Made by a program: the position numbers and the translations under genes. Positions 23,552 through 38,235 of a stretch of DNA of 64,000 bases are shown here, piece by piece. The notes beneath the pieces are model-generated. The model saw nothing but the letters and a program-made list of their open reading frames with translations, was not told the origin of the DNA and did not search any database. This stretch comes from Iphione sp. A-MEVVRFRX5 (lineage: Eukaryota): NCBI GenBank assembly GCA_976226885.1, contig OZ320315.1, forward strand, positions 66,836,001 through 66,900,000. Direction: 5' to 3'. The stretch's first letter is position 1. The number at the start of each line of letters is the position of its first letter.

Positions 23552-25777
23552 ATAACTTGTGTTTAAGGGTCATCCTAGGTCATATAAACACATCTGTCAT
23601 TGCTGAAAGCGTCGCCTTGAATACGAAAGTGTGCTTATAGCTATGGATGAGCGATAATAAAGGAAAGAGTGAGGCTTGCGACAACGCCTATAGATAAACT
23701 GCAGTACTACCTAGGATTAGCCTGTGAGCAGTATGAGCCGGTCTGGTATAATTGTGGTGTTGATAAACTGGGAAGATTTGGATATGGACATCAGACCTTA
23801 TAACAAAAACTGAACATACGCTCTACCCTGGCATAGTACCGGCTTTGTTACCAAGGCAACACCACACCCTACCGCCATCATCAAACCCTCCCAACTCACT
23901 GCAAGCACACGTACATAGAGACCTACACACATACACACTGTACATACGTAAAATACTGCTGTAGGTGTAAACAATTATCATACAGTCATGATCATCCACT
24001 TATAATCATTTCATAGGCTGTTCACCTGAAGGGGCTGCACTTTGTGAGATGATAGAGGGGGTGATACGCGTACATGTACTAGTAACCAAATTCGACCGAA
24101 GAAAACAAACTGAAAACACATTGGAGTTGGGGGGGCAGCATACATAGATAAGAGCAAGAAGGCAAGAAATGACTGAGAAAAGAGGGTACAATACGGTGAT
24201 AAACAACAGTCCGGTAGAGACAGGGGGGTCAACTATTTTGGTGAAGCATAATTGAGTATTTTAATTTCTGGTGAAACGCTATTTTCCTTCTAAATTAAGC
24301 ATTATGCGTTATGAAGCAAATACTGTTGAAGCATTATCAAGGAAACAATTCTTGGTGAAGCATTAACTACCTCTTGTTTAAGCATTATGGATGGTTTTAA
24401 TTCTTGGTGAAACGTTATTTGGTATCCCCTAACCCCCCCCCCCCCCACACACACACACACACTTGTGTAGAGAGAAAGAAGATAACAGAGACAAAACATG
24501 GCAGAGAGGAGGGCTCCGACAGACATATAACACTCGGTAGAGAGGGAGATAATGTAGACAGAGCCTGAGAGAGACAGAAAAATACAGAGGCAGAGAGAGT
24601 TAGAGACAAATAGACAAATAGAGAGGATCATCGACACTTTGAAAGGGACAACACAGAGATCGCCGCATGCGGTAATCATAATGGATTTCATAAACCCTAG
24701 TGAGTGGGCGTTGTGTTTTGTGGCCGTTGCAGACGTAACATCTGCAATGGCTGGATATTTGGAATTAACTGTAACAGGAAACCTAGCATGTACCTCTCAG
24801 TCGACCTGCCTGCGTGACATTTACCTCCCCCTCCTAAAAATATTACCGATCACTACTCACGTTATAAGTCTTCAGGAGCCCAGCAGAGGGCCACGGGAGT
24901 GTCGAAAAAATTCAATAACTGAGAAAACATCTGTCAAGGCCAATAGGTTTCATACCAAACGTAGATCTTCCACGATAGACCCAATCCGGCGGAAGTTCTA
25001 TTGGCGAGTTTTGTTTTGCAGAGTAATTATATAGATTTCTCTGAGGAACTGGATAGAAGATAACAGAACAACAGGACCAGACAATACTTGTCAAATATTA
25101 TATCATGTCGAAAATACCAAGCATGTCAGATTTAACTTAGACCTGATATAGGATATAAGGACCTAGATAAAGGCACTCACACACAGGGGTGTCTTTTTCC
25201 TTGCATTTCGTTGCGTTGTGTTAGTGTGTTGTAGAACGCAAGAATATGTGTGAACATACATTAGATAATGTAAAAGTGTGTCTATTAATGCAACTTTGAC
25301 AAGTAAAACTTCCAACAAGGAGCACAATCGACCAAAAAATTCCAAAGACAGTTTTATGAAAAAGAAAAATATAATTTAAAAAGGGTGAATTTGATGAGCA
25401 AGCATTCATAAAACAGCAATTTGATGAAAATGTGTAGATAGATACTATGTGTAGATAGATACTATAAACCAGGGATACTTGAGACAGCAGGGTAACTTGA
25501 GACAACATCATACTTTGTGACTATTATAAGGACTCTAAAACATATTTTACAAATCATATTTAGATCATATACTGATCAAGATGTAGCTTGTAATAACATT
25601 AATTGTTTGAGTATAAATAATACTTCTCATTACTAAGCAAAGTTTCAATTAAAATTGAGTAAAATAAAATAGCCATCTAAAAATATGACTGTGCATAACT
25701 ATGGTCACATAGAATTAAGTTATATATTTCTTGGTTTCAGGTTATAGTTAGTGAGAAATTCTGCCTGATTATAAGTA

Positions 25778-26444
25778 CAGTAGACTCTCTCCATTCCGGA
25801 CACCCTCCGTTCTGCTTCAAATCGTCCGCATTTGAGAGGCGTCTGCATTGGAGACGGGGTATAGTGGGGGTCTAACTAGAAAATGAAATCCCTTTCTCCC
25901 TCTCTCTCTACAACTGATATGTACATACCAAATACAAGGCATCTATAGTAACAGGTGTATATTCTCTGAAACGTCCAATAAGTGCTGAATTTGATGACTT
26001 TAAGTCCAAAAAGTGCTGAATTTGATGACTAAAAGTCCAAAAAGTGCTGAATTTGATGACTAAAAGAGGTGTGAGATACAGTCCCTCCAGGGTGAGAGGG
26101 ACTTGAGAGGTCACCGTTGACACCCCCTACCTCTCCCACCTCCCTCTCCAGGGTGAGAGGGACTTCAGAGAGGTCGCTGTTGATGCCCCCTACCTCTCCC
26201 ACCTCCCTCTCCAGCCATCTCAGGCCTCTTAGAAGCCCCAAATTCGCGTGACAACACCCCAAACTTGTGAATAATTGTCACGCCACAGGCGTCCACAGGG
26301 AGGCGTCCCCTAAATTCTGCCGTCCGCATTGGAGACGTTAGCTCATAATGGTTAACTATAGGAAAACAGTTCGTTCTGTGTCAAATCGTCCGCATTTGAG
26401 ACGCGTCCGCATTGGAGATGCGTCCGCAGGCAGGGAGGGTACTG
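25778..26444. mobile_element. Tc1/mariner-pogo-type MITE (TA TSD, CAGTA termini) with internal tandem repeats
   Basis: TA|CAGTAGACTCTC...GAGGGTACTG|TA. Repeated aatcgtccgcatttgaga subterminal motifs, 31-bp x3 (aaaagtgctgaatttgatgact, 25975-26065) and about 65-bp x2 (26085-26215). Confidence 0.7.
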
Positions 26445-26889
26445 TATATTTGATATTCAATTCAGCCCAATTCCATTTTCCATTGTTTTGTGACATATTT
26501 CACAAAAATTTAGAAATATAGGATAACTCAAGTTACACAAATATAACAGGGATGTCAAAAACACTCTCATGAAGATTATCACATTAGGCTGGTGAAAAAC
26601 TTATTGCCTAGTATTTAGATCATTTTAATCACCTGACTAAGTGGTTAAGACCAGACTTATGGCTGGTTTCCTATTCACCTATGAATCGTCTGAGGGTGTC
26701 CACAAGGCCCCAGCCTTGCCTTTTGTAATTCTAATTCACCTAGGCTTATCTCTGGTTATCTTAGGGCTGAGGTAGTGGGTTTCCCATTTACCCCACATCA
26801 GAGATAAGACTGAAAACCCTGAGTCACATCTAGAGGAATCTTGGCTGCTTTGTTAATACAATTTAACATTATTACACCACATTACAGCA

Positions 26890-27480
26890 CTTTTTCATAC
26901 TTTTTCTAGTGACAGGCGCCAGTTTTTATACTTTTTCCCGGTGACATGTGCCAATTTTCATACATTTTTCCAATAACATTTGCCAGTTTTTATAATTTTC
27001 CTGTGACATTTGCCTTTTTTTATACTTTTTCAGTGACATTCACCAGTTTTCATACTTTTTCCAGGGACATTCACCAGTTTTTATATTTTTTCCAGTGACA
27101 TTTGGCAGCTTTTATACTGTTGGCAGGGGAATGTTCGGGTAAGAAGGAGGGGCGGAGGGACAGAGTTGTAGTGGGGATTTGGCAGAGGGATCCTGGAGGG
27201 CGGAGGGATCATGGAAGGGTATTTGTCTATAAAAGTAGAGTTCGTGGAGGGTTCCAGTTCAGTTGCTGCTGTATTACCATTCATGAATGTTGCTCTCGGA
27301 ATAAATTAATCGTTCAAGTTTACTTCATGTGGAGGTTTATTCATTCCAAAATAGCTGAAGCTAACAATACTTTTTCCAGATGACATTTGCCAATTTTTAT
27401 ACTTTTTCCCAGTGACATTCACCAGTTTTTGTACATTTTTTCCAGTCACATTTGCCATTTTCTATACTTTTTCCCAAGGA
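26890..27480 (+). repeat. Minisatellite of about 30 bp (gtgacatttgccagtttttatactttttcca) in two blocks
   Basis: Blocks at about 26890-27120 and 27370-27480, separated by about 250 bp of unrelated sequence. Confidence 0.85.
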
Positions 27481-29685
27481 CATTTGTCCTGACTAGTATA
27501 CTACTACACCTTAACCCTGCCTCACCTTATCTCTAAGTCTCAAAGATAAGTGGTTGAATGGTCAACTCCAAGTTGACTTTGATCTAAACCAAGGTAGCAC
27601 TTATAGAGAAAAGGTAGGTCCAATGGGAAACCGGGCATAAGTTACTAATCCCTGTTTATAAGATGATTAAATTTGAGCTAGTCAGTTGACTAACTAATCC
27701 AGTAAGGTAGAGTGGATTAGTGACTTAGTAACCTGAATAATTGTACATGGGAAAACTTTATATGGCTATAACTTTGTTGTCTTCCTTAAGATCATAGTTT
27801 TTATTTGAGCCATAACATTGTTATGGTCCATTGTGACGGATTCTGTGGCCCTTTACATTTTACCGCCCTTCGTAGTAGATAAGTCATCTTTTACCGTAAA
27901 ACTGTTGTTATACAACTGTTTTTACTGTAAATTTACGTCATTTTTTTCTGCAAAGGACGCCCTTCATGGTAAAAAATGACGTATATTTACTGTGAAGGAC
28001 CATGAAACTTTACAAGGATATTTCAAGGTATAAAATATTTTTATGCATAAAATGTTTTAAAATCACCTCAATCTGTCGAAATCTGATAAATGTATTGCTA
28101 CATCAGTGGGAAGAAGTCAGGCAAAAAGACAATGATATTAGTGTTTCGAAAGTGTATTTAACTAAGCTCTTTAAGCTGTGGACCATTGTTATGTGTCACA
28201 GTCTCAAGTAACCCCGAAGCTATCTCAAGTAACCCCATAGCCAGATAACTTTCTAATCTACATCTACATTTCTGTCCAAAAATAGATCAGGTCTTACATT
28301 TCTGATATACTTTAACAGAAAGAGTTTTAGGATATCCAAGAAATATTATGTGGCAGTTATCTGATTTCAACCCAACTCAAGGTTGTTTGACTGTTAAGGT
28401 TTCCCTTTTAAAGGGTTTTAATCATAAGACAAGATAGCGCACAGGTTTAAATGTGAACAAAGTTGAAAATATGACAAAGTAAAGAGTACATAAGACAATC
28501 GCGTACATTGAAGCCTTTATTTCAGGCAAGATCATACAAGAAGTTTATTAGCAAAAATATTCAGTTAATTTATGGTAAAATCCAATAAACAGTCAGAAGA
28601 GCACGTTTTATCTATACGAATCAATATATATAATATATATATGGCCCTTACGTCACTAGCTTACCTCTGTAGGTTATATCTCAAGCTTACATTGACCTTT
28701 ACAAGCTTACATAGAAATATCTCTCGTCGATTCGTTCATGTGTTTTTTTTTCTAGAAAAATAAGGTTTCGGAGGAAGAGTCGGCTTTACAGTTCTATATT
28801 TTGGCTCATCTCATTCCTTCCCCGGCCTTTCCCAGCCGTTCCGAGGGGCTAACCTTGCTACAATTGGCGGTTTTTCCTGCCCATGTGTACACACCAAACA
28901 TGTAGACACCCATCCCCAAATGACCCATCGGAACTAAATTGTTTTTTGAAGTCGTCTCTAAGAGGCGTACGGTGTCTGGGCGCCGGTAGAGGTCAATGTC
29001 ACTTTCCAGGACACGGATTAAGACTTGGTGTTTACCTTTCAAGCTGGCCTCTCTGCATGGGGTCAACGCGTAGAGGTGACATGAAGAACTTCAAGGTTTG
29101 TAGGAGGGGAAGTGTCCGAGAAGGGGGAACATGAAACTCATCAAACAGATGGCATTGTTTTAGTAGGTTTTAGATTGATACTGACAGTGTCCTTTTGGTA
29201 AGGTGGGTTTCACATGTATCCGTTGTATTTTCCCGCACAACGCTATGAAATGTGTCGACCCCTCCCCCGTGAGGATCTAAGAACATGTGGCTATCCGATG
29301 ATTCCTATAATGATTCTCTATAGGTTCACGGACCACTTAGGTGCTGTTCACATATAACCAGACTAAAATGCCGGCCCTGTGTGCGGACACAGAGGTACTC
29401 CCTGCAGATTTCGCTAGTTAATTGGATACATATGGGTAGCAGATGTCTATTTAACATTGTGTTCTATGGGAATCTGCATCTGGGTCCGGATTTTTTCCAC
29501 GCTCAAAGGAAAAAAATCTGCACCCGTGTGTGGACATGGAAAGGTCTGTATGTATGTGAATGCCTATAGTAGTAAAGGCAGGCTGGATATAAATCCGCAC
29601 CTGTGTGCAGACACAGAACAGAAAAATCTGGTTATATGTGAACAGTACCTGATGTGATAATCCATCCCTGACCGGTAGGGAGAAA

Positions 29686-29811
29686 TGCAAACAGACATGT
29701 GAAGGCATCACGGCCACATGTACGGAGACATGTGAAAGGTCTATTGAGTGCAAACAGACATGTTAAGTCATTACGGTTACATGCACGGAGACATGTGAAA
29801 GGTCTATTGAG
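29686..29811 (+). repeat. 63-bp tandem duplication
   Basis: tgcaaacagacatgt...cggagacatgtgaaaggtctattgag starts at 29686 and again at 29749. Confidence 0.85.
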
Positions 29812-30958
29812 TATTGGTGAACTAACAGAAATGCAAATAGATACGTTCCTGTATCATGTGAAGCCGGCCTAACACCCATAGAGTATCCTGAAGATTGCTT
29901 TGCTTAAATTACTCCAACATCAATTATATTTCTAAAGTGATATGTCCTTCGGGTCCATGCACACATTTATTTTAACAGGTATCGTTACTCTTGCCGGGTC
30001 AGTTTCCATTTAGATTTGAGCCACAGTTATGTTAATTGGGAGGAGAGCCTTTCAACAAACAGTTGATAACCTGTTAGGTTAGCTTAAATTCATTTTCTGA
30101 GCAGGATTATATTCTCTTTGGGGATACCTATTTAGATGAACCTTTCAGATGATTGCAAGATGTTACCGCTTTTATCTGTATGTATTATTAACATTGCTTG
30201 TGGCTATGACCTCTCAGAGCTGATATTTTGACGGCGTAGAGTGGACTAAACTCATATCCTTTAACGCTCCTAAAACTAAATAATAGAAAGAAGAACACCC
30301 AAGATTGACCATACATGTAACAGTATATATCTCTCACATAAACTACTATAGTATTGATTGCAGAATTTTCAATTTCAAATCTCTATGCACTTCTCGTTGC
30401 AGTAAACATGATGATACATGAAGCTCTTCCCGTGAACACCAAAAAACAGAAGGACATAAATTCGATCATTACAATATCTTGCTGCTACATATGAGCTGTG
30501 AAGATTCAATCAGCATTGAAAGGCAATAGTCGAAATATAATACATCAGTATCATTTCGTTTTCACAGCAAGATCAGGTCAGCAAATGTTCAAACAAAACC
30601 TCCCCGTAAGGCCAAATTTCCATGCAACATATTATATGTTATATGTGTACATGGAAACACTCCTGCTGGTATTCTAATGCCAACAAATATGCATGAACAT
30701 GCAACATGGAGACACGGGTACATGGGCCTTAGGTCACACTTACAAACATTACAATTTGTGGTTTCTTACATTGTGGTCGGCAATACCAATTCACTAATAT
30801 CGTGTCGGGTTGGAGGTGGGATGGACTGACGTCGAATGGCGATCTCGGCTGTTAATACATAATTGAAAAGTGAGTATGTTATCCCCATGCCCATTAGCAC
30901 TCTGACAGCAGATACGGCTCTCCCGCCACTATCCCCCCCCCCTCTCTCTGTCTCTCTG

Positions 30959-31012
<54 letters not shown>

Positions 31013-31754
31013 CTTCCCTCTCTTGCTATTATCTGTTTGCTTTCTTTCACTGGAGCTCTCACAACACGCCTAAGATTCTTATTTACTGCTCTAGTTGTAT
31101 CTTCTATCCATTTGGCTACCTCTCTTTCTGTTTGTCTGTTCGTCTCTGTGGCGCTCCTTTCTTTTTCGCTTCTCTAATGATATAGTTGCCATCTTCACTT
31201 TTATGTCTATCTCTCCCAGCCTAAATCCAGACCATGTACCTTCTAATCCCTCGTTTTGGTTTCCTCTTGCTCTTTTCGACTTACCTGTCTGGCTAAATCT
31301 TTTTATATAACCGTTTATCCTCTATGCCTACAAGTGGGCACAGCAGGGTGTAACCAACTGCCTACACCACATATAAAATCTGTTACGTGCGACCGCAGTG
31401 TGTTGGTGATCCTGAGGCCTCACAGACAGTTGACCTTGATCTGTAATATAATCACTGACTTTTAGATTAGCAGGTTCTGCTACCAGAATTGCAAGCGGAG
31501 GGCTCTAATTTTTTTTGTTATACCCCTTCCCTTCCTTTAAGTGGGAGGTCATGGTCTATTCTCATACAACTATCCGCGATTGAGATATCGACAAATTACA
31601 CCGTGTACTGAGGAACCCTGTCTTGACTACAGAAAATCAGTGAATCAGAATATGCAATTTTGCAACACTGAAACAAGTCCACCACTATCGCCACTAGCGA
31701 GACCTAAACATCATTTTTGAATATACGTAAAATAAGGTTTCACTTTCCCTAATA

Positions 31755-31910
31755 CTAGAAACTAACCTTTCCTGACCTGAAAAGATCACTGTCTCTAGGA
31801 CCAGAGGTTAACTTTCCTTAGGACTGGGGTTTCAGCTTCACTGATCAACGGGCTAACCTTTCCTATGACCAGGAGCTAACCTTTTCTAAGACAAGAAGTT
31901 AACCTTTCCA
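31755..31910 (+). repeat. Degenerate array of about 20 bp units (ggaccagaggctaacctttccta-like)
   Basis: Recurrent (c/t)taacctttcc(t) motif at roughly 20-bp spacing. Confidence 0.6.
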
Positions 31911-34205
31911 AATATTGATCTTCTCCAGGACAGCATCTGTGACTTGCCCTCAGACCCGAATGTAATACAGTGCCTGCGTTATAGTATTATTTCCTTTGGT
32001 ATAATTGTATGGTGCTAAGTACAATCATGATGCAGTGTGTTGTAAAGCTTTATTGAAAGGGGATTCATTGTATAGTGTACAGATTTAAGTATTAAAGTAC
32101 TGCTTGTGTAGCTAAACAGCTGAGTCATATTCTGCATGTGCTGCTGATATGTTCAATGACATGAGCAGTTAATAGAATACTTTAGTAGATGTAAAGACAT
32201 AATAAGGCTTTTGGAACAAGGTGTCGATAGAAGCTCACTGAGTGTAAGTTGTATGATAAGACCTGGAGAAGTAATCAATTGTGGAATTGTGACCTGGGTG
32301 CAAAGTTTAATAAAAAAAACTCTTATTATAAAATAAACATGGCTCTTTAGACCTTTTGAATAGCTCCTTGAACTTTGCTTATACTTCTACTCAGCAATAA
32401 AGATCAAGTAATCTGGATCCTGTGTTGTCTTGAGTTGTATCGTGTTCCAAGAATCTAGCATTGTCCAGGACAAGAAGCATACATCAGAAATTTTCCCTTC
32501 CTAGGACCACGAAAAAAAACCCTAGGACTAGGTGCTAACTGTCTTTTGGACCAGAATAGAACCTATAGAACAGGGGGCTAATAAATGACCACAATTCAAA
32601 TCCAGATTTGACTAAGCTCGTCAGAAGTACATCTCTATTTCATAGTACATGTAGATAGGTCCCCGTCAGAGACAATACCAACCATATCCTCAGATCCGCC
32701 AACACAAGTGGACACTGGGAGATGCCTGTCTGTCTGGCTGGCTGGTTGTCTGCCTTTTACAGCATTTCTTCCGAGGACATCGTCTTAGATATTAAATGGA
32801 AGATTCCTGGTTTCCACTCTATATACTGATGATCTTAAACGGAGTTTGTAAATTAAAGCTGTTTACATTCTTTATTGTCCTCTATCTCTGGGAGGTGTAG
32901 AGGACATTCGGAATGCTGCTGTCCAAATATTGGACTGTCTATCATCATCTTCTTGGTCTATCCTCTTTGAAGCACAGACAAATATATATATTTTTTTAAA
33001 ATCCCCGATCCCTACATCGCTTTCAGGCTGGTCATAACTAGAAACACAACTATTTGGGGGGGGCCTAACTTTACATCCCCAAAAGATCAGAGTTTGACTT
33101 GTTTTCATTTGTGGTTGGCTGAAGTGTATGAGAAGGTTGCAGGAAGGTTGTGTGATGGTCAAATGTTACATTAGCAGAATATGCGTGGACGTATACAGAG
33201 TTATATAGCTACACTATAGCTTCATGACAGTATCAGAGCAAAACTGCAATGTTGTCATTACGTTGCTATAATATAATGTTGGTTGATACATAGAGCCTGA
33301 TGAACCTCTTTATGCCTACAACAATAGATACTTTTACTGGTTTCAGCTTATTCCCTTAGATCTAGCTTATTTTTTCTTAATCAACAGTGTTCAATGTAGG
33401 GTTGGATGGCCAATGGTTGGGTGGCTTTATGTTTCTAGTAACAGCAATTAAATCTTCAGCCATGTTACCCACTTTCAGTCCTATCGCCCCAGCAAAAGGG
33501 TACTCAATTTCACATGTGTAAAGGAGCTATCCTCTTTACTTGTCTCATTCTACACATATCGTTGTATCAAACGTAACAGTATAAGTCATTTTTAAGGACT
33601 GAAATTGATGACCATGTCTAGCCGATAAGGATGGGAGCTGGCGGAGGTCTCGTTACGGTCGGAATAAATTAAAGATCCTTGTTCCAAAAATGCCCTGGTC
33701 ACCAGGCCACTTGCGTCAGTGACCTTAAATTAATCGAAGCGTGAAACCATGTCATAGCTGGCACTACCAGGTACCGGGATAGACGTCGGCCTTTTTGGTT
33801 TTGATTTACCTTAAAGCCCCCAGGTAGCGCCTCTTTGGAAGCGTCTTCGCGAGACGGGGCGTCCGTTGGCAATGGATGGGCGTCAAGGATGTGTGCTGTG
33901 GTAACAGTCTAGGAACGACCACGTGATATTAGAAAGGGTAACTTGATGAGATCTGACCTTTCCTTGACCTACAGGTAACCGCTCCTGTACCTAATCCCTA
34001 TGGAAACGTGTGAGCGTTGTTTACTAAGGGCTGTCGATAAATCAGCTTTGATGGTGCCCTTATTGGAACATTTAAATAGGCTGAAGTGATCAGGAATGCA
34101 TCAAAAACTTGCAACAAAGGCCATATGCCAGTAAATATTTCATCACGATTCTCTGCCTCTATGGTTTCCTAATAATCTGGGAAATACAAGTACAAGGTCC
34201 CCTTA

Positions 34206-34710
34206 GGCCAACACAAAAAATAGGTGTGTTTCTGGTTACCCACCCCTACCTAGGTAAACCTCACCCTACCTAAAAATCTTTTTGCCTCAAAGAGCCCTAG
34301 GCCTAAATTTCCTTAGATACATATTTCCGTAGTACTGCATTTTCGTAGCCATACATGCATATTTATAAGGAAATAGTCCTGGTATCATCTAAGGTTCCTA
34401 AAACTACGCACTATCACAACCATGAAAACACACACCTAAGGAAATTCATCATTTAGGTAAGAGATACAAAAAGAGGAAAAAGTACATAAGGCCCATTCAA
34501 AATAGGCTTTAAATTTTAAAAATCTCTTTTTGAAAAGTGTTAGTCTACGTATCCTATGGACAAGACATGTAGTGACAAAACTGACCCAAACAAGGCCTTT
34601 TTCATATTGTCTTTATTATTGTTGAAAGGAAAGCAAAAATAAAATAAAACAAAAAAGATCTCCATTCCCTACCTAGGTTTTGAGCTAGTCGTAACTGGAA
34701 ACAGAACTTC
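34206..34710. mobile_element. MITE of a family with GGCCA...GTGTTTCTGGTTACC termini (TTA/TTAA-flanked)
   Basis: Left end ggccaacacaaaaaataggtgtgtttctggttacccacccctacctagg; degenerate inverted end cctacctagg...gtaactggaaacag near 34668-34707. The same terminus recurs at 36576, 57591 and (inverted) 59341-59388. Confidence 0.55.
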
Positions 34711-37700
34711 ATAGTGATTTATATAATTAGCAAGTAGCGGACAGTCCGAGGAGAGAACGAAAACTATATAACTGAATAGTAATACCAGTTGTCTGGACTC
34801 TCTCCCAGACACTATCCCTGACCTGATGGTCATGACTTGAATTTAATCCTTTATTAATATCCCATGTTCTTTCCAAAGGAGAACAGATTCGTTTTGGACA
34901 TAGACAGGCGGATGTCCCCTACGTAACAGTAGAAGGTTACTCTAGGACATAAGAGACGATATCGTTCGTATCGTCTTTAATTAGAGGAAACCTTTACTGT
35001 TTTAGCCTTTAACAAAAATCACCTTTTAGTACATCTATACTGCTCTTGTCAAGAAGACTTTGAGATGAAGGTGTTGTATTTTCGATTTACATGCCTTTAA
35101 TGAGGGTACACTTTGCCACGCGGGACATCTATTTATTCATATTTTATACGCCGATTTAGTCATACCAACATCTCCATGATGGAAGGGCGAAAATGATGAC
35201 AAATATAAAGTATTATGTGTTTTGCAGCCAATTATGGACTGTGAGGATCTCACATTTCTCGACTGGAACACACAAGATTATAATTTCACCATAATTGGTT
35301 GTCTATTCCATTTCAAATTAAATGGCTACTGATTAGTCCAAGCATGCGCACCTTATTGTTAGCTTTGCATTTTGGAAGATTTGTTTCGTTTTTGTACTTT
35401 CATGGTACTTCGGAATTCAGTTGAACACTTTTGTAAATGGCTAACCAAATAAAACATTCCTCCTGCTTTGCGGTAAGATATAGAGACGTGTCTAATTTCT
35501 GCTAGTCAGTTGGCTTTGAATATTTTGGATTCTTACTGTGAGTCTGCGTTGTACAAAAAATCTTCAGGGAAAATATTTACCAACCTTTGCCAACTATACT
35601 CAGATAGAGCTAGGGAAAACGGCTGTACTCTCTCCATTGGACCGTCTGTAAATGTCTAAGGAGAGAAAACAACGGAGCAAAGTCACCAAATGCTGCGAAA
35701 ACAATAGATTAGACCTTCACGGTCGTGAGACGGTAAGCTTTGTTTGCTTGGTTGCCTTAATAAGATGTCCCTGGCCTTTACGTATGTGTGTACCCGTTGG
35801 CGTCTCCCTCCAACTGGATTAACTGAGTTTACCTTACTCTTAAGCCGGGAGATGTATGCATACTCACCAGTCTCTTTTCTACCGGTTCCTATACGGTTTA
35901 TATATATATGTAGGTGAGTCCGAAATTCTGCCATCAACGACCCAAGAGACCTCTTCTAGCGGGAAGGCAACAAGCAGCACGGTCTGGGTCTTTACCAAGG
36001 TCACTAAACTCAAAATGTGTGTCGGAAACATCATGTAGAAGCATCTCAATGTATAGACAGTGAGCAATAGTACCTATTCTTGCTAAGTGATTTATACAGT
36101 GGAATGAATAGGTCGGAGTATGTTTTGTGAATACATGTATTTCAAAGTAATCATTCCAAAATACCCCTCCAGTAAACATTTTCGCACCTTCCTTAACTTG
36201 CTTTCCTGTGGCATATGCCATAATATCCTGTGGCAAACTTCCCATAAACTTCCTTTCTTAAATGATACATGGAATGCATTTCTCTGTTCATTCTTTCAAT
36301 ATCTATTTCTAACCACAGTCCTAATGCCTCCCTTTAGTGGCACCTATATTATATATTCCCCTAACAATATTTCTGACACCCTCCTGTAGCAACAGTCTTA
36401 AATATTCTTCAAATTACAGTCCGAATATCTTCTCTAGTCATACCTATAATATAATCACCTATCAACAGTCCTCTAGTAACTTTCGTCTTCTAAACCTTTA
36501 ATATACATGTATTCATCTGACAAACAGCTCTAGTATCGTCCTGTGATAGGAATTCTAATCTAACAGCAGTCTTAAGGCCAAAAACAAATATAAATGTGTT
36601 TCTGGTAACCCACCCCCTACCTAGTAAAACCTCACCCTACCTAAAAAAAATGGTTGCCCCCTACAACGCAGACTCACAGTAAGAATTCAGCCTATGTCAA
36701 ATTCATTCTCTGCTATGTGATACAACGCAGTAGGTACCAAAATAGGGGAAAACACTTGCTGAACACTTTTGAATCTGGACATTTTTCCATACAACCAATA
36801 TATAACCCTGTTTCTATAATTGTTTTCAAATTACTATAAAATTGATTGACATCTCTTGTGTAACACAGTCCCTTTAATCTTACCTGGTAGTTTAAACTAT
36901 GTGTTTTTGTGCTAATTGCAAGGAATTCTGACTAAATCTGTTAAAACCATGTGTTTTTTGTGCCGATCGCAAGGAATGGACTTGTTGAATTTCAGTTTAC
37001 AAAGAAACATTTTTCACCAACTTGGAAAGGGCATGGCCTGTTCCTTTAGCAACTAGTGCCCGGGGCATGGGCAGTGAAACGCCTCCCTCTATAAACATCT
37101 CCACATGACTTAGCTGACAGACTAGAGGGTGATGTTTCTCCTGTCACTGTTAAAAAACTATGAAAGATAGGAGAAAATGGTTTGGCATAGTAAAGGTGAG
37201 GTATAGGTGAGGTATCAAAGATTATTCGTGCAAATGTTTCAAAGATTTGCAAATTTTCAAAGATTTCTGTGTAGAAATAATAAAACTGTGGCAGATCAAA
37301 TTAGGATATTTTACATAGGATTTAGTACTGACTCTCAACCAGTGTCGAGGCTGGGCATGTATAGGTCAAATTCACCTGCGCCACCTATTTTTTGACGGTT
37401 CCATTCTGGAAAAAGCAGTCTTTGTTTATGCATATTATATGCAAATTAGAAAATGTCTCACATCATCTAACATATGTAAGCTTCCTTTATTTCTCCCCCT
37501 CTCTCTGCATATACGTGGAAAGCAACTGTCTAAAGGGGTCCAGAAAATCTGCAGACGGTTCCATGTACAGAAAACAATTCCAGACACACGGAAACCTGGC
37601 CTAAGACTAAACAGGCGTACAACACAAGCCAGTGTACATGACTCAGGATAAGGTCCAGGATATACAAACGTTAGCCTTGTCTTCCACGTCGGTAGTCAGA

Positions 37701-38235
37701 CATTGCGTTAAAAATATCTTTGTATCTGGTGACATATTGTAAAATGATAGGGTAAGTAGGTAGATGGCATTTTAGGGGGTCTTTTTTCAATGTTAACTCT
37801 TAGAGAAAGCAACAAATATAAATGGTAATATCACTTCTTCTAATTAGACCTTAAGGAAACTGGTATCATATGATCGTACATTTTCTGATCCATTAGGATT
37901 CTCCTTACCGTTCTTGTCGTATTGTTATTCACCTCACAATGAACCTTTTAATCGTACTAAAAGCTTGAGGACATTATCGTTTTCCTGTCGTAATTTCCGT
38001 ATCTTTATCCTATCTCTGTGAATTCGATCCCTCGATATACCCCTAATACATAAAGTTTCTTACTTGATGTAAGTGATAGCGGTTATCCTCTGGCTTTTCG
38101 CTGTCAATGTATTGTTCTCTTTCTCTATTTATATCATATGTCATCCGGAGTGACGTGTAGACGCCAGTTCATATAATTATGCTGTGTCTCACTTTGGTGT
38201 ACCAAGAGAAAACAAAAATAAGAAACTATTAGGGT

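Noticed and set aside
31596-31640. CTGAGGA...GAAA hammerhead-like motif
   Set aside because: Stem II is not closed by G10.1-C11.1 and I found no matching cleavage strand.
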